A stretch of DNA of 64,000 bases from an uncultured delta proteobacterium (lineage in GTDB: Bacteria; Myxococcota; Kuafuiibacteriia; Kuafuiibacteriales; Kuafuiibacteriaceae): contig CAWDML010000004.1 of NCBI GenBank assembly GCA_963803435.1, positions 96,001 to 160,000 on the forward strand, in the 5' to 3' direction. The notes below the pieces were generated by a model. The model saw only the letters and a program-made list of their open reading frames with translations. It did not search any database and had not been told where the DNA came from. Of the stretch, positions 42,301 through 50,948 are shown piece by piece; position 1 is the stretch's first letter, and each line of letters opens with the position of its first letter. The position numbers and the translations under genes are program-made.

Positions 42301-43689
42301 GACGGTCAGGACAGCGACGGCGACGGTGTGGCCGACGACAAGGGCTTCGACTGGTCCAACTACGAGTACTCGGTCGACTACAAGTACTGCTCGGATCTCT
42401 ACGCGAACTTCTCGATTCCGTCCTGCCAGCGGTGGGATACGGGTTGGGACTTCTCGGAGGCGACCGACTATCACATCAACCGTTGGGACCGCGACTACGT
42501 GTTCGATCACTATCGTCGCGACAAGCTCGCCGGTTGGGGCAGCCCCCGCGGGTACATGGCGCGGCTCCAGAGCCGTCGCTTCTTCCACATGACCAACGTG
42601 TTCCGGTATTACCTGTTCGTCCGCCGCAGCGCGTTCGAGGCCCCGGCCTACGACGATTGGCGTGAGGCGGCGTACAAGGGCCTCAACTTCCTGGAGCGCG
42701 TGCTTCAGACCCCGGAGCCGGGCCGCTACTGCCTGAACACGACGACGAACATCTACCAGATCGATCGGTCTGGGGTGCAGTCGCCGTGCGAGCAGGAGTA
42801 CACGGTGGGCCTCGGCTACGGCCAGGGCCGCTACCTGAACACGGCGTGGACCGACGAGTACTTCTACAAGTCGAACCGCATCGGCGACTTCTACGACAAG
42901 CTGGCAGCGATCCAGCAGATGACCACGTCATCCGGCCGGTTCGTCCGCGACTTCTCGGATCTGTTCGACCGTCGTGCGTACTCGCTCGGCTACCTGCGCG
43001 TATACCTCGATCCGATGCTGCAGCGCTGGTCGGCGCTGGTGACCGGTGACTTCACCGGCTATCGCTCGCATGTGGTGACCGATCCGGACACCAACGAGCG
43101 CTACGTCCGGTACACGCCGCTCTTCGACGAAGAGAAGGACGGCGCGTCGGTCCGCCAGTGGCTGGAGCAGTATCCGGAGATCGAGCCCTCGTGGTCGTAC
43201 TCGCTGCGCTACATGTCGCTGGCCTACGCGCTGGCGAACTGGTCGTCGATCAACGACTACGCGCCGGAGTTCTACCGGTTCACGAAGATCTCGATCCGCG
43301 GGACGCCGGAGGACGTGGAGTATCCGGCGGACTTCCAGGTGGTCGAGTTCACGGATCCCGAGACGTACATCACGTACCGGGCTCCGGTGATCAAGCCGTT
43401 CTCCGAGGGTGGCCTCATCCAGGAGTTCCCGGCGTACTACGGCGATAAGTTCCACCGCAGCCAGGGCAAGTTCCACAACTGGAGCATGGGCGCGTCCCTG
43501 CTGCAGGATGCGAACGACTACCTGACAAACGTGTGGCAGCCGGCGAAGGACGCCTGCGACGCGAACGGCCCGACCAGCAACGAGTGCAAGACCTTCCAGC
43601 AGGCCCGAACGGCCATGAGCGAGAAGGTCGGGTACATCGACCTGGTCCGGAAGTTCAACGCCCAGGCGGAGAACATCGACGACTACTAA
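39363..43689 (+). CDS. Second, paralogous large zinc metalloprotease lipoprotein, ~1440 aa (+1 frameshift near 42222)
   Basis: Lipobox ALGC; HETGHTFGLRHNF; SIMDY; GKYDEAAIRFMY; removing one base joins it to ORF 42241-43689 (EDLITQRIEVLTNPP). Confidence 0.85.
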
Positions 43690-43708
43690 GCCGTCGCGCT
43701 GAGACCGA

Positions 43709-43752
43709 GAGAGCCCTCGCCGCCCCTAGCGGGCCGCGGGGGCTTTCTTTTT
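43709..43752 (+). terminator. Rho-independent terminator
   Basis: GAGAGCCCTCGC...GCGGGGGCTTTC stem followed by a T run, 20 bp after the stop. Confidence 0.7.
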
Positions 43753-44649
43753 CATCCACACCACCTTCAAGTCCTCCACCACCCGCGAAGCCGTGAGCTC
43801 CGCAGGATGCTGCGCGATCATCGAGGACAAGCCCTCGAGATCGAGCTGGGTGGCGTGGGTCGAGAAGAGGAGCCGGCCGCCGGGCGAGAGTCGGTCGAGC
43901 GCGCCCGCCAGCAGGCGATCCAGATCGGCGAGGAGCGAGAACGTGCGCTTCTTGGATCGCCCGAAGACCGGTGGATCGAGCAGGATCAGGCCGTACGGCT
44001 GGTCTCCGCGCTTCTTCGAGAGGTGCGCGAGGACGTCGTCGGTGAACCAGCGGTGCTGATCGGGATCCAGCCCGCTGGCGAGCATGTTGGCGCGGCCGCG
44101 CTCGAGGGCGCGGCGGGACACGTCCACGCTGGTGACGCGCGCAGCGCCGGCCAGCGCGGCGTGGACGGAGAAAGCGCAGGTGTAGGCGAAGAGGTTGAGG
44201 ACCTCGACGCCGGCCGCGTAGGCGCGACACTCGAAGCGCGTCTCTTGATGATCCAGGAACAGGCCGGTCTGAACGCCGTCGTCGAGCTCGCACAGGAAGA
44301 CGGCGTCGTCCTCGCGCACGCGGATCGGGGTCGCGGGTAGGCTGCCGAAGACGACTCGACTTCGGCTGTCGGTGGGGCGCTTCGCCATGGTCTTGACGAC
44401 GATCGCCCGGGGCGAAAGCGCCATCTGCGCAGCGGTGCACCATGCCTCCACCGTCTCAGGAGGCAACGAATCCCGATGCGTGACGACAATGAGATCCAGA
44501 TAGCGATCGATCGCGAGCCCGCTTGGCCCGCCGCCTGCAATGCCTGGCAGGAGGCGATACGCGTCGATCGTTCGGCGCGCATGCGCACGCGCGCGCCGTT
44601 CTTCGGCAGACAGGAGAGCGCGTACTCGATGTTCGACGTCGGCGTGCAT
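43726..44649 (-). CDS. Class I SAM-dependent rRNA methyltransferase (RlmI/RlmK-type)
   Basis: QTGLFLD, VLNLFAYTCAFSVHA..AGA..VTSVD, ILLDPP. Confidence 0.9.
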   Translation of the reverse strand: MHADVEHRVRALLSAEERRARAHARRTIDAYRLLPGIAGGGPSGLAIDRYLDLIVVTHRDSLPPETVEAWCTAAQMALSPRAIVVKTMAKRPTDSRSRVVFGSLPATPIRVREDDAVFLCELDDGVQTGLFLDHQETRFECRAYAAGVEVLNLFAYTCAFSVHAALAGAARVTSVDVSRRALERGRANMLASGLDPDQHRWFTDDVLAHLSKKRGDQPYGLILLDPPVFGRSKKRTFSLLADLDRLLAGALDRLSPGGRLLFSTHATQLDLEGLSSMIAQHPAELTASRVVEDLKVVWMKKKAPAAR

Positions 44650-44754
44650 TTACAAATAGTCAGGTCGCGTATAGATTGATTTGGTGGCCCGCAGATCGAC
44701 CCGAGTTGATGTTGCGGTTTCGACCAGGGGACGGGACACCCTCTGGGGAGGCCG

Positions 44755-45483
44755 ATGTCAGGTCTGAGAGTATCAGCGCTACTTCCCTTCACGGCGGCGC
44801 TCATCCTGAGCGCCTGCGGCGGTGAAGAACCAAACAACCCCACAGAAATCAAGCGATCGAGTCTGACGGTGGCCGCGGATCCTCCCGGACACACGTTTCA
44901 GGACTCGGTCGATGTCGTGCTCACGTCCGGCGGCGGCGCCGACATCTTCTACACGCTGGACGGCCGGTCCCCGCTCGGCAGCGACGGGACGCTCTATCAG
45001 GGGCCCATTCGGCTCGATCACAACGTCTTGCTGACGTTCGTGGCGAAGGTCGGCGACCTCTGGTCGGAGCAGGGCTCGGAGCTGTACGAGCGGCAGGTGG
45101 ATACGGTGGCGCCCAAGCTCCAAGCGCGGGTGCTGACCGTCGACGACGACAACGTGGTGTTCTCGGCCCGCCGGGGCGAGGACGGCCCGATGCGGCAGTC
45201 GGTCCGTCTGAAGTCGGTCGGCCTGCAGCAGGTGCACCTCGAGGGCATCTATGTGGACGCGAATCCTGACTCCTGGAGCTTCTGGCAGGACGGGATCTTC
45301 GAGATCGAGTCTCCGGAGGTCATTCCGGAGTACCTGTCGCCCGGAGAGTCCATCGATCTGGTGGTGACCTACACGCCCACCGAGACGATCCGGACGGCGA
45401 TGATCTTCGTCGTGTCCGACAACCAGCGCACCAGCGACGGAACGGTGCGGGTCAACCTGACCGGTCGAATCTGGGATTGGTAG
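44755..45483 (+). CDS. Lipoprotein with Fn3-like (chitobiase C-terminal-type) and Ig-like domains
   Basis: Lipobox LSAC; IFYTLDGRSP...LYQGPI; LSPGESIDLVVTYTP. Confidence 0.75.
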   Translation: MSGLRVSALLPFTAALILSACGGEEPNNPTEIKRSSLTVAADPPGHTFQDSVDVVLTSGGGADIFYTLDGRSPLGSDGTLYQGPIRLDHNVLLTFVAKVGDLWSEQGSELYERQVDTVAPKLQARVLTVDDDNVVFSARRGEDGPMRQSVRLKSVGLQQVHLEGIYVDANPDSWSFWQDGIFEIESPEVIPEYLSPGESIDLVVTYTPTETIRTAMIFVVSDNQRTSDGTVRVNLTGRIWDW

Positions 45484-45529
45484 ACCCCGAACCTTGTTCT
45501 GAGCCCGGAGGCCGGATACATCCCCTGCT

Positions 45530-46573
45530 GTGGGTCGACAGGCGGCGCTCGAGCAGCAGGCACTCGAACAGCTGAGGAAGGGTGACCTCGCCGAGGCGCA
45601 CGCGACGCTCCGCGCGCTGGGTGAGCTCCGACCGAACGATGCGGCCCTCAAGCATCGGCTTCAGCAGGTCGAGCAGCTGATCGATCAGAGGAAGCAGGCG
45701 CAATCGAGGATCCACGCCGAGCCGCTCCGCTACGCGCACGCATATATCCAGGCGGGGAGGTTGGCCGAAGGGCTGCAGCTGCTGCGCGCGGCGCTGGCCC
45801 GAGATCCGAACAATCAGCGGCTGAGGGATCTGGCCCTCGAGGTGGCGCGCCGGCTGCGCACGCAGGTGCAGGCGCAGCAGCCCGCGAAGGACGCCGAGCG
45901 CGAGACGCGGGAGGCCGAGGAGAGCGCGCGCCGCGAAGGCGAGAGCCGGCGTCGTCGCGAGGCGGAGATGAAGGCCGAGGCCGAGGCGAAGGCCAAGGCG
46001 AAGGCGGATGCCGAGAAGGCCCGCGCGAAGGCCGAAGCCGCCAAGGCCAAGCGCGAGGCGCAGGCCCGGGCCGAAGCCGAGGCGAAGGCGAAGACCGAAG
46101 CGGAGGCGCGGGCGAAGGCGGAAGCCAAGGCGAAGGCGGAAGCCAAGGCGAAGGCCGAGGCGGAGGCGCGGGCGAAGGCGAAGGCCGAGGCGGAAGCCAA
46201 GGCGAAGGCTGAGGCGGAGGCGCGGGCGAAGGCAGAAGCCGAGGCGAAGGCGAAGGCCGAGGCGGAGGCGCGGGCGAAGGCGAAGGCCGAGGCGGAGGCG
46301 CGGGCGAAGGCGAAGGCCGAGGCGGAAGCCAAGGCGAAGGCCGAGGCGGAGGCGCGGGCGAAGGCAGAAGCCGAGGCGAAGGCCGAGGCGGAGGCGCGGG
46401 CGAAGGCAGAAGCCGAGGCGAAGGCCGAGGCCGCGCGCGCGGCGGAGGCCGCCGAGATGTGGGCGACGACGGAGGACATGGGCGAGCCCATGGGGCCGAA
46501 ACAGGGCCGGATCGACCTCCTGGAGCGGCTGCTCCGCAAGATCGGCGAACGCCGACACCGCTTGCCTTATTGA
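45530..46573 (+). CDS. TPR protein with a TolA-like Ala/Lys/Glu repeat region
   Basis: N-terminal TPR-like helices; AEAEARAKAK repeats. Confidence 0.7.
   Translation: MGRQAALEQQALEQLRKGDLAEAHATLRALGELRPNDAALKHRLQQVEQLIDQRKQAQSRIHAEPLRYAHAYIQAGRLAEGLQLLRAALARDPNNQRLRDLALEVARRLRTQVQAQQPAKDAERETREAEESARREGESRRRREAEMKAEAEAKAKAKADAEKARAKAEAAKAKREAQARAEAEAKAKTEAEARAKAEAKAKAEAKAKAEAEARAKAKAEAEAKAKAEAEARAKAEAEAKAKAEAEARAKAKAEAEARAKAKAEAEAKAKAEAEARAKAEAEAKAEAEARAKAEAEAKAEAARAAEAAEMWATTEDMGEPMGPKQGRIDLLERLLRKIGERRHRLPY
45970..46435 (+). repeat. Coding tandem repeats (AEAEARAK/AKAEAE units)
   Basis: GGCGAAGGCCGAGGCGGAGGCGCG-type units repeated in frame. Confidence 0.85.
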
Positions 46574-46599
46574 GGGCGATCGGAGATTGGAGACGGCCG

Positions 46600-46722
46600 A
46601 TGGCCAGCTCCAAGAGCAAGCAGACCCGAAACAAGATGAAGCGTCAGATCCGCCACAAGAAGCGGAAGAAGGCGCTGAAGGCGCGCGTCGCCGAGATCAA
46701 GAAGCACAAGGGCGCCAGCTAG
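46600..46722 (+). CDS. 40-aa highly basic small protein
   Basis: RBS GGAG upstream; MASSKSKQTRNKMKRQIRHKKRKKALKARVAEIKKHKGAS; host-like codon usage. Confidence 0.65.
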   Translation: MASSKSKQTRNKMKRQIRHKKRKKALKARVAEIKKHKGAS

Positions 46723-46808
46723 GAGCGTGTAGCGCGTAAGCGCTCACGCGACCCCGGTCCGGGTCCCGGTCCCGGTCCGCGTCCCGATCTGAAGATGGCT
46801 GCCTTGAG

Positions 46809-47038
46809 TCAGACGCTCGCGACGGTCGCGAGCTTCGATCGGTAGAGCTTGAGCAGGTTGTGGGTGAGGCAGACGAGCGTCCACTCGGCTCGTACCTTGA
46901 AGAAGGAGCGGAGCGAGAACCGGCGGAATCCTCGTGCCCCTTTGATCTGTCCGAGCGCCGGTTCGACGATACTCTTCCTGCGGGCGTAGACCGCCTTGCC
47001 GTCGCGCGTTTGCAACTTGTCTCGCATTCGCTTGCGAG
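46809..47038 (-). pseudogene. IS1182-family transposase, short C-terminal remnant
   Basis: MRDKLQTRDGKAVYARRKSIVEP...HNLLKL. Confidence 0.88.
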
Positions 47039-47301
47039 TCCGCGATCAGCTTCGGCGGGCATCCGATTCCATCGTGAACAACACCGCCGAGGGCGCCGGA
47101 GAGTTCAATCCACCTGAGAAGGCTCGCTTCTACCGGATGGCACTTCGCTCTGGCACCGAAAGCGCCGCCTCACTCCACACCTGCTTGAGGCGCCGACTCG
47201 CCAACGAGCAGAAGGTCCAAGCCGCCAGAGCCAAGCTCAAGCGCGTTGTCGAGATGCTCACGCGCCTCATCAAGTCGATGAACGCACGCCGGGCTGCATG
47301 A
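47038..47301 (+). pseudogene. Four-helix bundle gene, 5'-truncated
   Basis: VRDQLRRASDSIVNNTAEG...RRAA; matches copy 1 except G>E in the translation. Confidence 0.88.
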
Positions 47302-47408
47302 TCGCCATCGGGACCGGGACCGGGACCGGGACCCGGACCGGGCTCGCGGTAGCGCTACGCGCTACACGCTCCTAGTCCGCGAGGATCAAACCCGCGCGTG
47401 CGCGCGCT

Positions 47409-48620
47409 TCAGAGCGCCCGGTGCGGCGACACCGTGACACTCGCAAACAACAGCCCGGCGACGATCGCCACGGCGATCATCACCATCGTGAACGCCGACT
47501 CGATCCCCGACAGCAGGTTCTGATCGAGGAACGACGATACGCTTCGAAACCCGACGCTCCCGGGGACCAGCAGTAGAATCCCCGGCACGAGCGGGACCGA
47601 GGCGGGTCGATCGTAGCGGCGCGCGTAGACGTTGGCCGCGACCGCCGCCCCGAACGCGCCGAAGAACACGCCGATCTCCGGTCCGAGGAGGATCGACGCC
47701 TCGCGGCTGCCGAAGTACGCGATCGAGGCGGTGACCAGGATCGCCGGGGCGCTCCGGAGCGGTGCGCGAAACAGAAGGATCAGGCACGCCACCGCGACGG
47801 CGAACGCGAGCAGCTCGGTCCAGAAGGGCAGCTCGGAGGGGCTGGCGTCGATCGGCTGACCGAGGATCGTGTGCCCGAGCTGATTGCCGACCGCGACGCC
47901 GAACGCGATCAACAGGAACGCCGTGGCGGCGGCCATCATGCGGGCCGTTCCCGAGACCAGGTGGCGGGTGGCGAGCTCGCTGATCGCCGTGGTCAGCGTC
48001 AGCCCGGGTACCAGGACGATCAACCCCGAGAGCGTGCAGACGAAGACCGAGACCCCGCCGAACGAATGGGCGGCCGCCTGCGCCATCAAGCTGGCGAGCG
48101 CGGCGGCCACCAGCTCGTACACGCGCACGCCCGAGGTGGAGCGGGCCAGCATCAACCACAGCGCGCCACTGACGCACCCGATCGCGCACCCGACCAGGAT
48201 CTCGGCGATCCCTCCCCCGAAGAAGCGGGCGACGCTGGCCGAGGTGGCGGCGTAGGCGAACAGCGTGACCAGCGGGCCGAAGCGCGGCGGCCGATCGGCG
48301 AGGGCCCTGAGCTTCTCCAGGCCGACCTCGGCGTCGACGCGCCCGCGGGCCACGTCGTCCGCGAGGCGATCGACGTCGTACAGCTTCCCGAGGTCGATCT
48401 CGCCGGGATCGATCCGCTGCAGGCTGGTGTGCTGCGCGCCCAGCTCGCCGAACGACGCAAAGAGCGAGGTCGGGGTGGAGAAGAACTGCGCGTCGACCAG
48501 GGCCAGCGAGCGCGCCACCGATTCGAGGACCTCCTCGAGCCGGAACGCGGAGGCGCCGAAACGGTGCAGCGTCCGCCCCAGCTCGAGCACGAAGGCGATG
48601 CGCTGCGGCTCCGTCGCCAT
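47409..48620 (-). CDS. Threonine/serine exporter family protein (ThrE)
   Basis: LGRTLH.FGA...RLEE, FSTPT, LIVLVPG, LLVPG; about 10 TM segments. Confidence 0.9.
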   Translation of the reverse strand: MATEPQRIAFVLELGRTLHRFGASAFRLEEVLESVARSLALVDAQFFSTPTSLFASFGELGAQHTSLQRIDPGEIDLGKLYDVDRLADDVARGRVDAEVGLEKLRALADRPPRFGPLVTLFAYAATSASVARFFGGGIAEILVGCAIGCVSGALWLMLARSTSGVRVYELVAAALASLMAQAAAHSFGGVSVFVCTLSGLIVLVPGLTLTTAISELATRHLVSGTARMMAAATAFLLIAFGVAVGNQLGHTILGQPIDASPSELPFWTELLAFAVAVACLILLFRAPLRSAPAILVTASIAYFGSREASILLGPEIGVFFGAFGAAVAANVYARRYDRPASVPLVPGILLLVPGSVGFRSVSSFLDQNLLSGIESAFTMVMIAVAIVAGLLFASVTVSPHRAL

Positions 48621-48699
48621 CGCGACACTCTAGGAGTGGGCGCCGCCGAACGCCACCGCGCTGAAGACTCGCGGCGGTCGATCGGGTTAGCGTCGTCGC

Positions 48700-49293
48700 G
48701 TGGCGTCCGAGCACATGGATCTCGGCGGCGGTGCGTACCTCGACTACGATCCGGCCTGGCTGTCATCGGGTGAGGCGACGGCCCTCATGACGTCCGTGAT
48801 CGACGCCTTCGATTGGGAGCACCGCCCGATCAACCTGTTCGGCCGGGAAGTGCTCCAGCCCCGCCTGATCGCGTGGGCGGGCGCGCTGCCCTACCGGTAC
48901 TCCGGTCAGGTTCTCGAGCCCCGCCCGATGCGCGAGCCGCTGCCGCCGCTGGTTCAACGGGTGTCGGACCTCGCCGGCGCCGCCTTCAATCACGTGCTGC
49001 TGAACCGCTACCGTGACGGCAACGACAGCATGGGCATGCACGCCGACGACGAGCCGGAGCTCGGCCGCGACCCGCCGATCGCCGCGATCTCGCTCGGTGC
49101 CGAGCGGCGGTTCGTCATCGCACCCAGGAAGGGCAAAGCGGAGCGATACGCGCTGACGCTCGCGCACGGCTCGCTCCTGATCATGGGCGGATCGATCCAA
49201 CATCGCTTTCGACACGGCGTACCCAAGCAACGGTCGATCTCGGACCCGCGCATCAATCTCACCTTCCGCCGCCTGCTGCAGGAACATTCATGA
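48700..49293 (+). CDS. AlkB-family 2OG-Fe(II) dioxygenase
   Basis: QPRLIAW, LLNRYRDGNDSMGMHADDE, SLGAER, HGVPK, RINLTFR. Confidence 0.93.
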   Translation: MASEHMDLGGGAYLDYDPAWLSSGEATALMTSVIDAFDWEHRPINLFGREVLQPRLIAWAGALPYRYSGQVLEPRPMREPLPPLVQRVSDLAGAAFNHVLLNRYRDGNDSMGMHADDEPELGRDPPIAAISLGAERRFVIAPRKGKAERYALTLAHGSLLIMGGSIQHRFRHGVPKQRSISDPRINLTFRRLLQEHS

Positions 49294-49517
49294 GCTTCTT
49301 CAACCAAGAGATTCTGTTCGGCTTCACGCTTCGCCACATCGTCCTCGCGCTGCTCGTGCTCTGGATCCTGAGCGGCGTGCTCAAGAAGGCCTTCGCGGGA
49401 AAGACGGGCCGGAAGTTGATGAAGAAGAAGTGCCGCGGCTGCAGCTGGACCGGCCCGGCGGGCAAGGACACGATGCGGTGTCCCAAGTGTCGGGGGCCGC
49501 TGATCGCGGCCGACTAA
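49290..49517 (+). CDS. Small membrane protein with a zinc ribbon
   Basis: TM segment, then CRGC...CPKC. Confidence 0.65.
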   Translation: MSFFNQEILFGFTLRHIVLALLVLWILSGVLKKAFAGKTGRKLMKKKCRGCSWTGPAGKDTMRCPKCRGPLIAAD

Positions 49518-49695
49518 GAACCGGTCCGAAACTTGGCGAGGCTGCGCCTCGACGCTCGAGCTAGCATCCGGCTGGAAGCGATGTTCGGGGCACCCACAGC
49601 ACCTGACGACTGCGAGCTCGTCTAGGAGCGTGTAGCGCGTAGCGCTACCGCGAGCCCGGTCCGGGTCCCGGTCCCGGTCCCGGTCCCGATGGCGA

Positions 49696-49907
49696 TCATG
49701 CAGCCCGGCGTGCGTTCATCGACTTGATGAGGCGCGTGAGCATCTTGACAACGCGCTTGAGCTTGGCTCTGGCGGCTTGGACCTTCTGCTCGTTGGCGAG
49801 TCGGCGCCTCAAGCAGGTGTGGAGTGAGGCGGCGCTTTCGGTGCCAGAGCGAAGTGCCATCCGGTAGAAGCGAGCCTTATCAGGTGGATTGAACTCTCCG
49901 GCGCCCT
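49696..49907 (-). pseudogene. Four-helix bundle gene, C-terminal remnant
   Basis: GAGEFNPPDKARFYRMALRS...RRAA. Confidence 0.88.
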
Positions 49908-50862
49908 GGAGCGAGCGCGCACGATCGACCAAGAGGAAGACGAGCGGCTGGGCGTTGAAGAGACTGAAGAGGACATCCCAGCGGAGCTCGCTCGCCGTGA
50001 ATCCCGCCTTGCCCGCATTCGAGAAGCGAAGGCTGCGCTGGAACAGGATGCCGCCAGGGCTCGCGCGGAGAAATTGCGCAGGCAAGCCGAAGAGCAGCAG
50101 AGCAAAGCGGATGATGCTCTTGTGGATCGGGTGGAGCAGAAGCGAGCGAGAACTCGAGCCGAGAAGGCAAGAGCGCAGGCTGACCAGCTCGAACCATCCC
50201 CAGACCCAACTGAACGAAGTGATGGATGGCCGCATCATCGCGTTCCTGCAAATGTGGACGGCACACCGAGGCCCCACGCTCAGAGGAACTTCACCGACTC
50301 AGACAGCAGGATCATGTTGAAGGAGGGAGCGTACCTCCAGGCCTACAATGCCCAAGTTGTCGTAGATGAGCACGCTCAGGTGATTGTCGCCGAAGGGGTC
50401 AGCAACCAGGCACCTGATCAGCAACACCTCGTCCCGATGCTCCGTGATGTGTTCGGCAACTGCGGCGATGCTCCGCGGAAGATGACGGCAGACAACGGCT
50501 ATCTGAGCGCGACCAACATCGAATTCTGCGACAACAATCAGATCGATGCCCACATCGCTGTTGGACGCGAACAGAACCAAGACGCGTCGACTCCGTCCTC
50601 ATCAGCTTCGGAGCTCACACCTGCCTCGCTCGCTTGCAAGCGAATGCGAGACAAGTTGCAAACGCGCGACGGCAAGGCGGTCTACGCCCGCAGGAAGAGT
50701 ATCGTCGAACCGGCGCTCGGACAGATCAAAGGGGCACGAGGATTCCGCCGGTTCTCGCTCCGCTCCTTCTTCAAGGTACGAGCCGAGTGGACGCTCGTCT
50801 GCCTCACCCACAACCTGCTCAAGCTCTACCAATCGAAGCTCGCGACCGTCGCGAGCGTCTGA
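49906..50862 (+). pseudogene. IS1182-family transposase, 5'-truncated (~318 codons retained)
   Basis: DQEED...IPAELARRESRLARIREAK, NFTDSDSRIM..GAYLQAYNAQ, ADNGY, RKSIVEP, HNLLKL. Confidence 0.92.
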
Positions 50863-50948
50863 CTCAAGGCAGCCATCTTCAGATCGGGACCCGGACCGGG
50901 ACCGGGACCCGGACCGGGGTCGCGTGAGCGCTTACGCGCTACACGCTC

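Larger units (their letters stand above)
46723..47371 (-). mobile_element. Copy 2 (649 bp, inverted) of the IS1182/four-helix-bundle element; CTAG duplications at 46719-46722 and 47372-47375
   Basis: Same TIRs (46723-46788, 47307-47371); internal junction at 47038. Confidence 0.92.
49626..50948 (+). mobile_element. Copy 3 (1323 bp) of the IS1182/four-helix-bundle element; CTAG duplications at 49622-49625 and 50949-50952
   Basis: Same TIRs (49626-49690, 50883-50948); internal junction at 49907/49908. Confidence 0.92.

Noticed and set aside
46723-50948. Composite transposon of copies 2 and 3 carrying thrE and alkB
   Set aside because: Each copy has its own CTAG pair, and the enclosed genes look like ordinary host genes. 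It cannot be formally excluded because all targets are the same tetramer.
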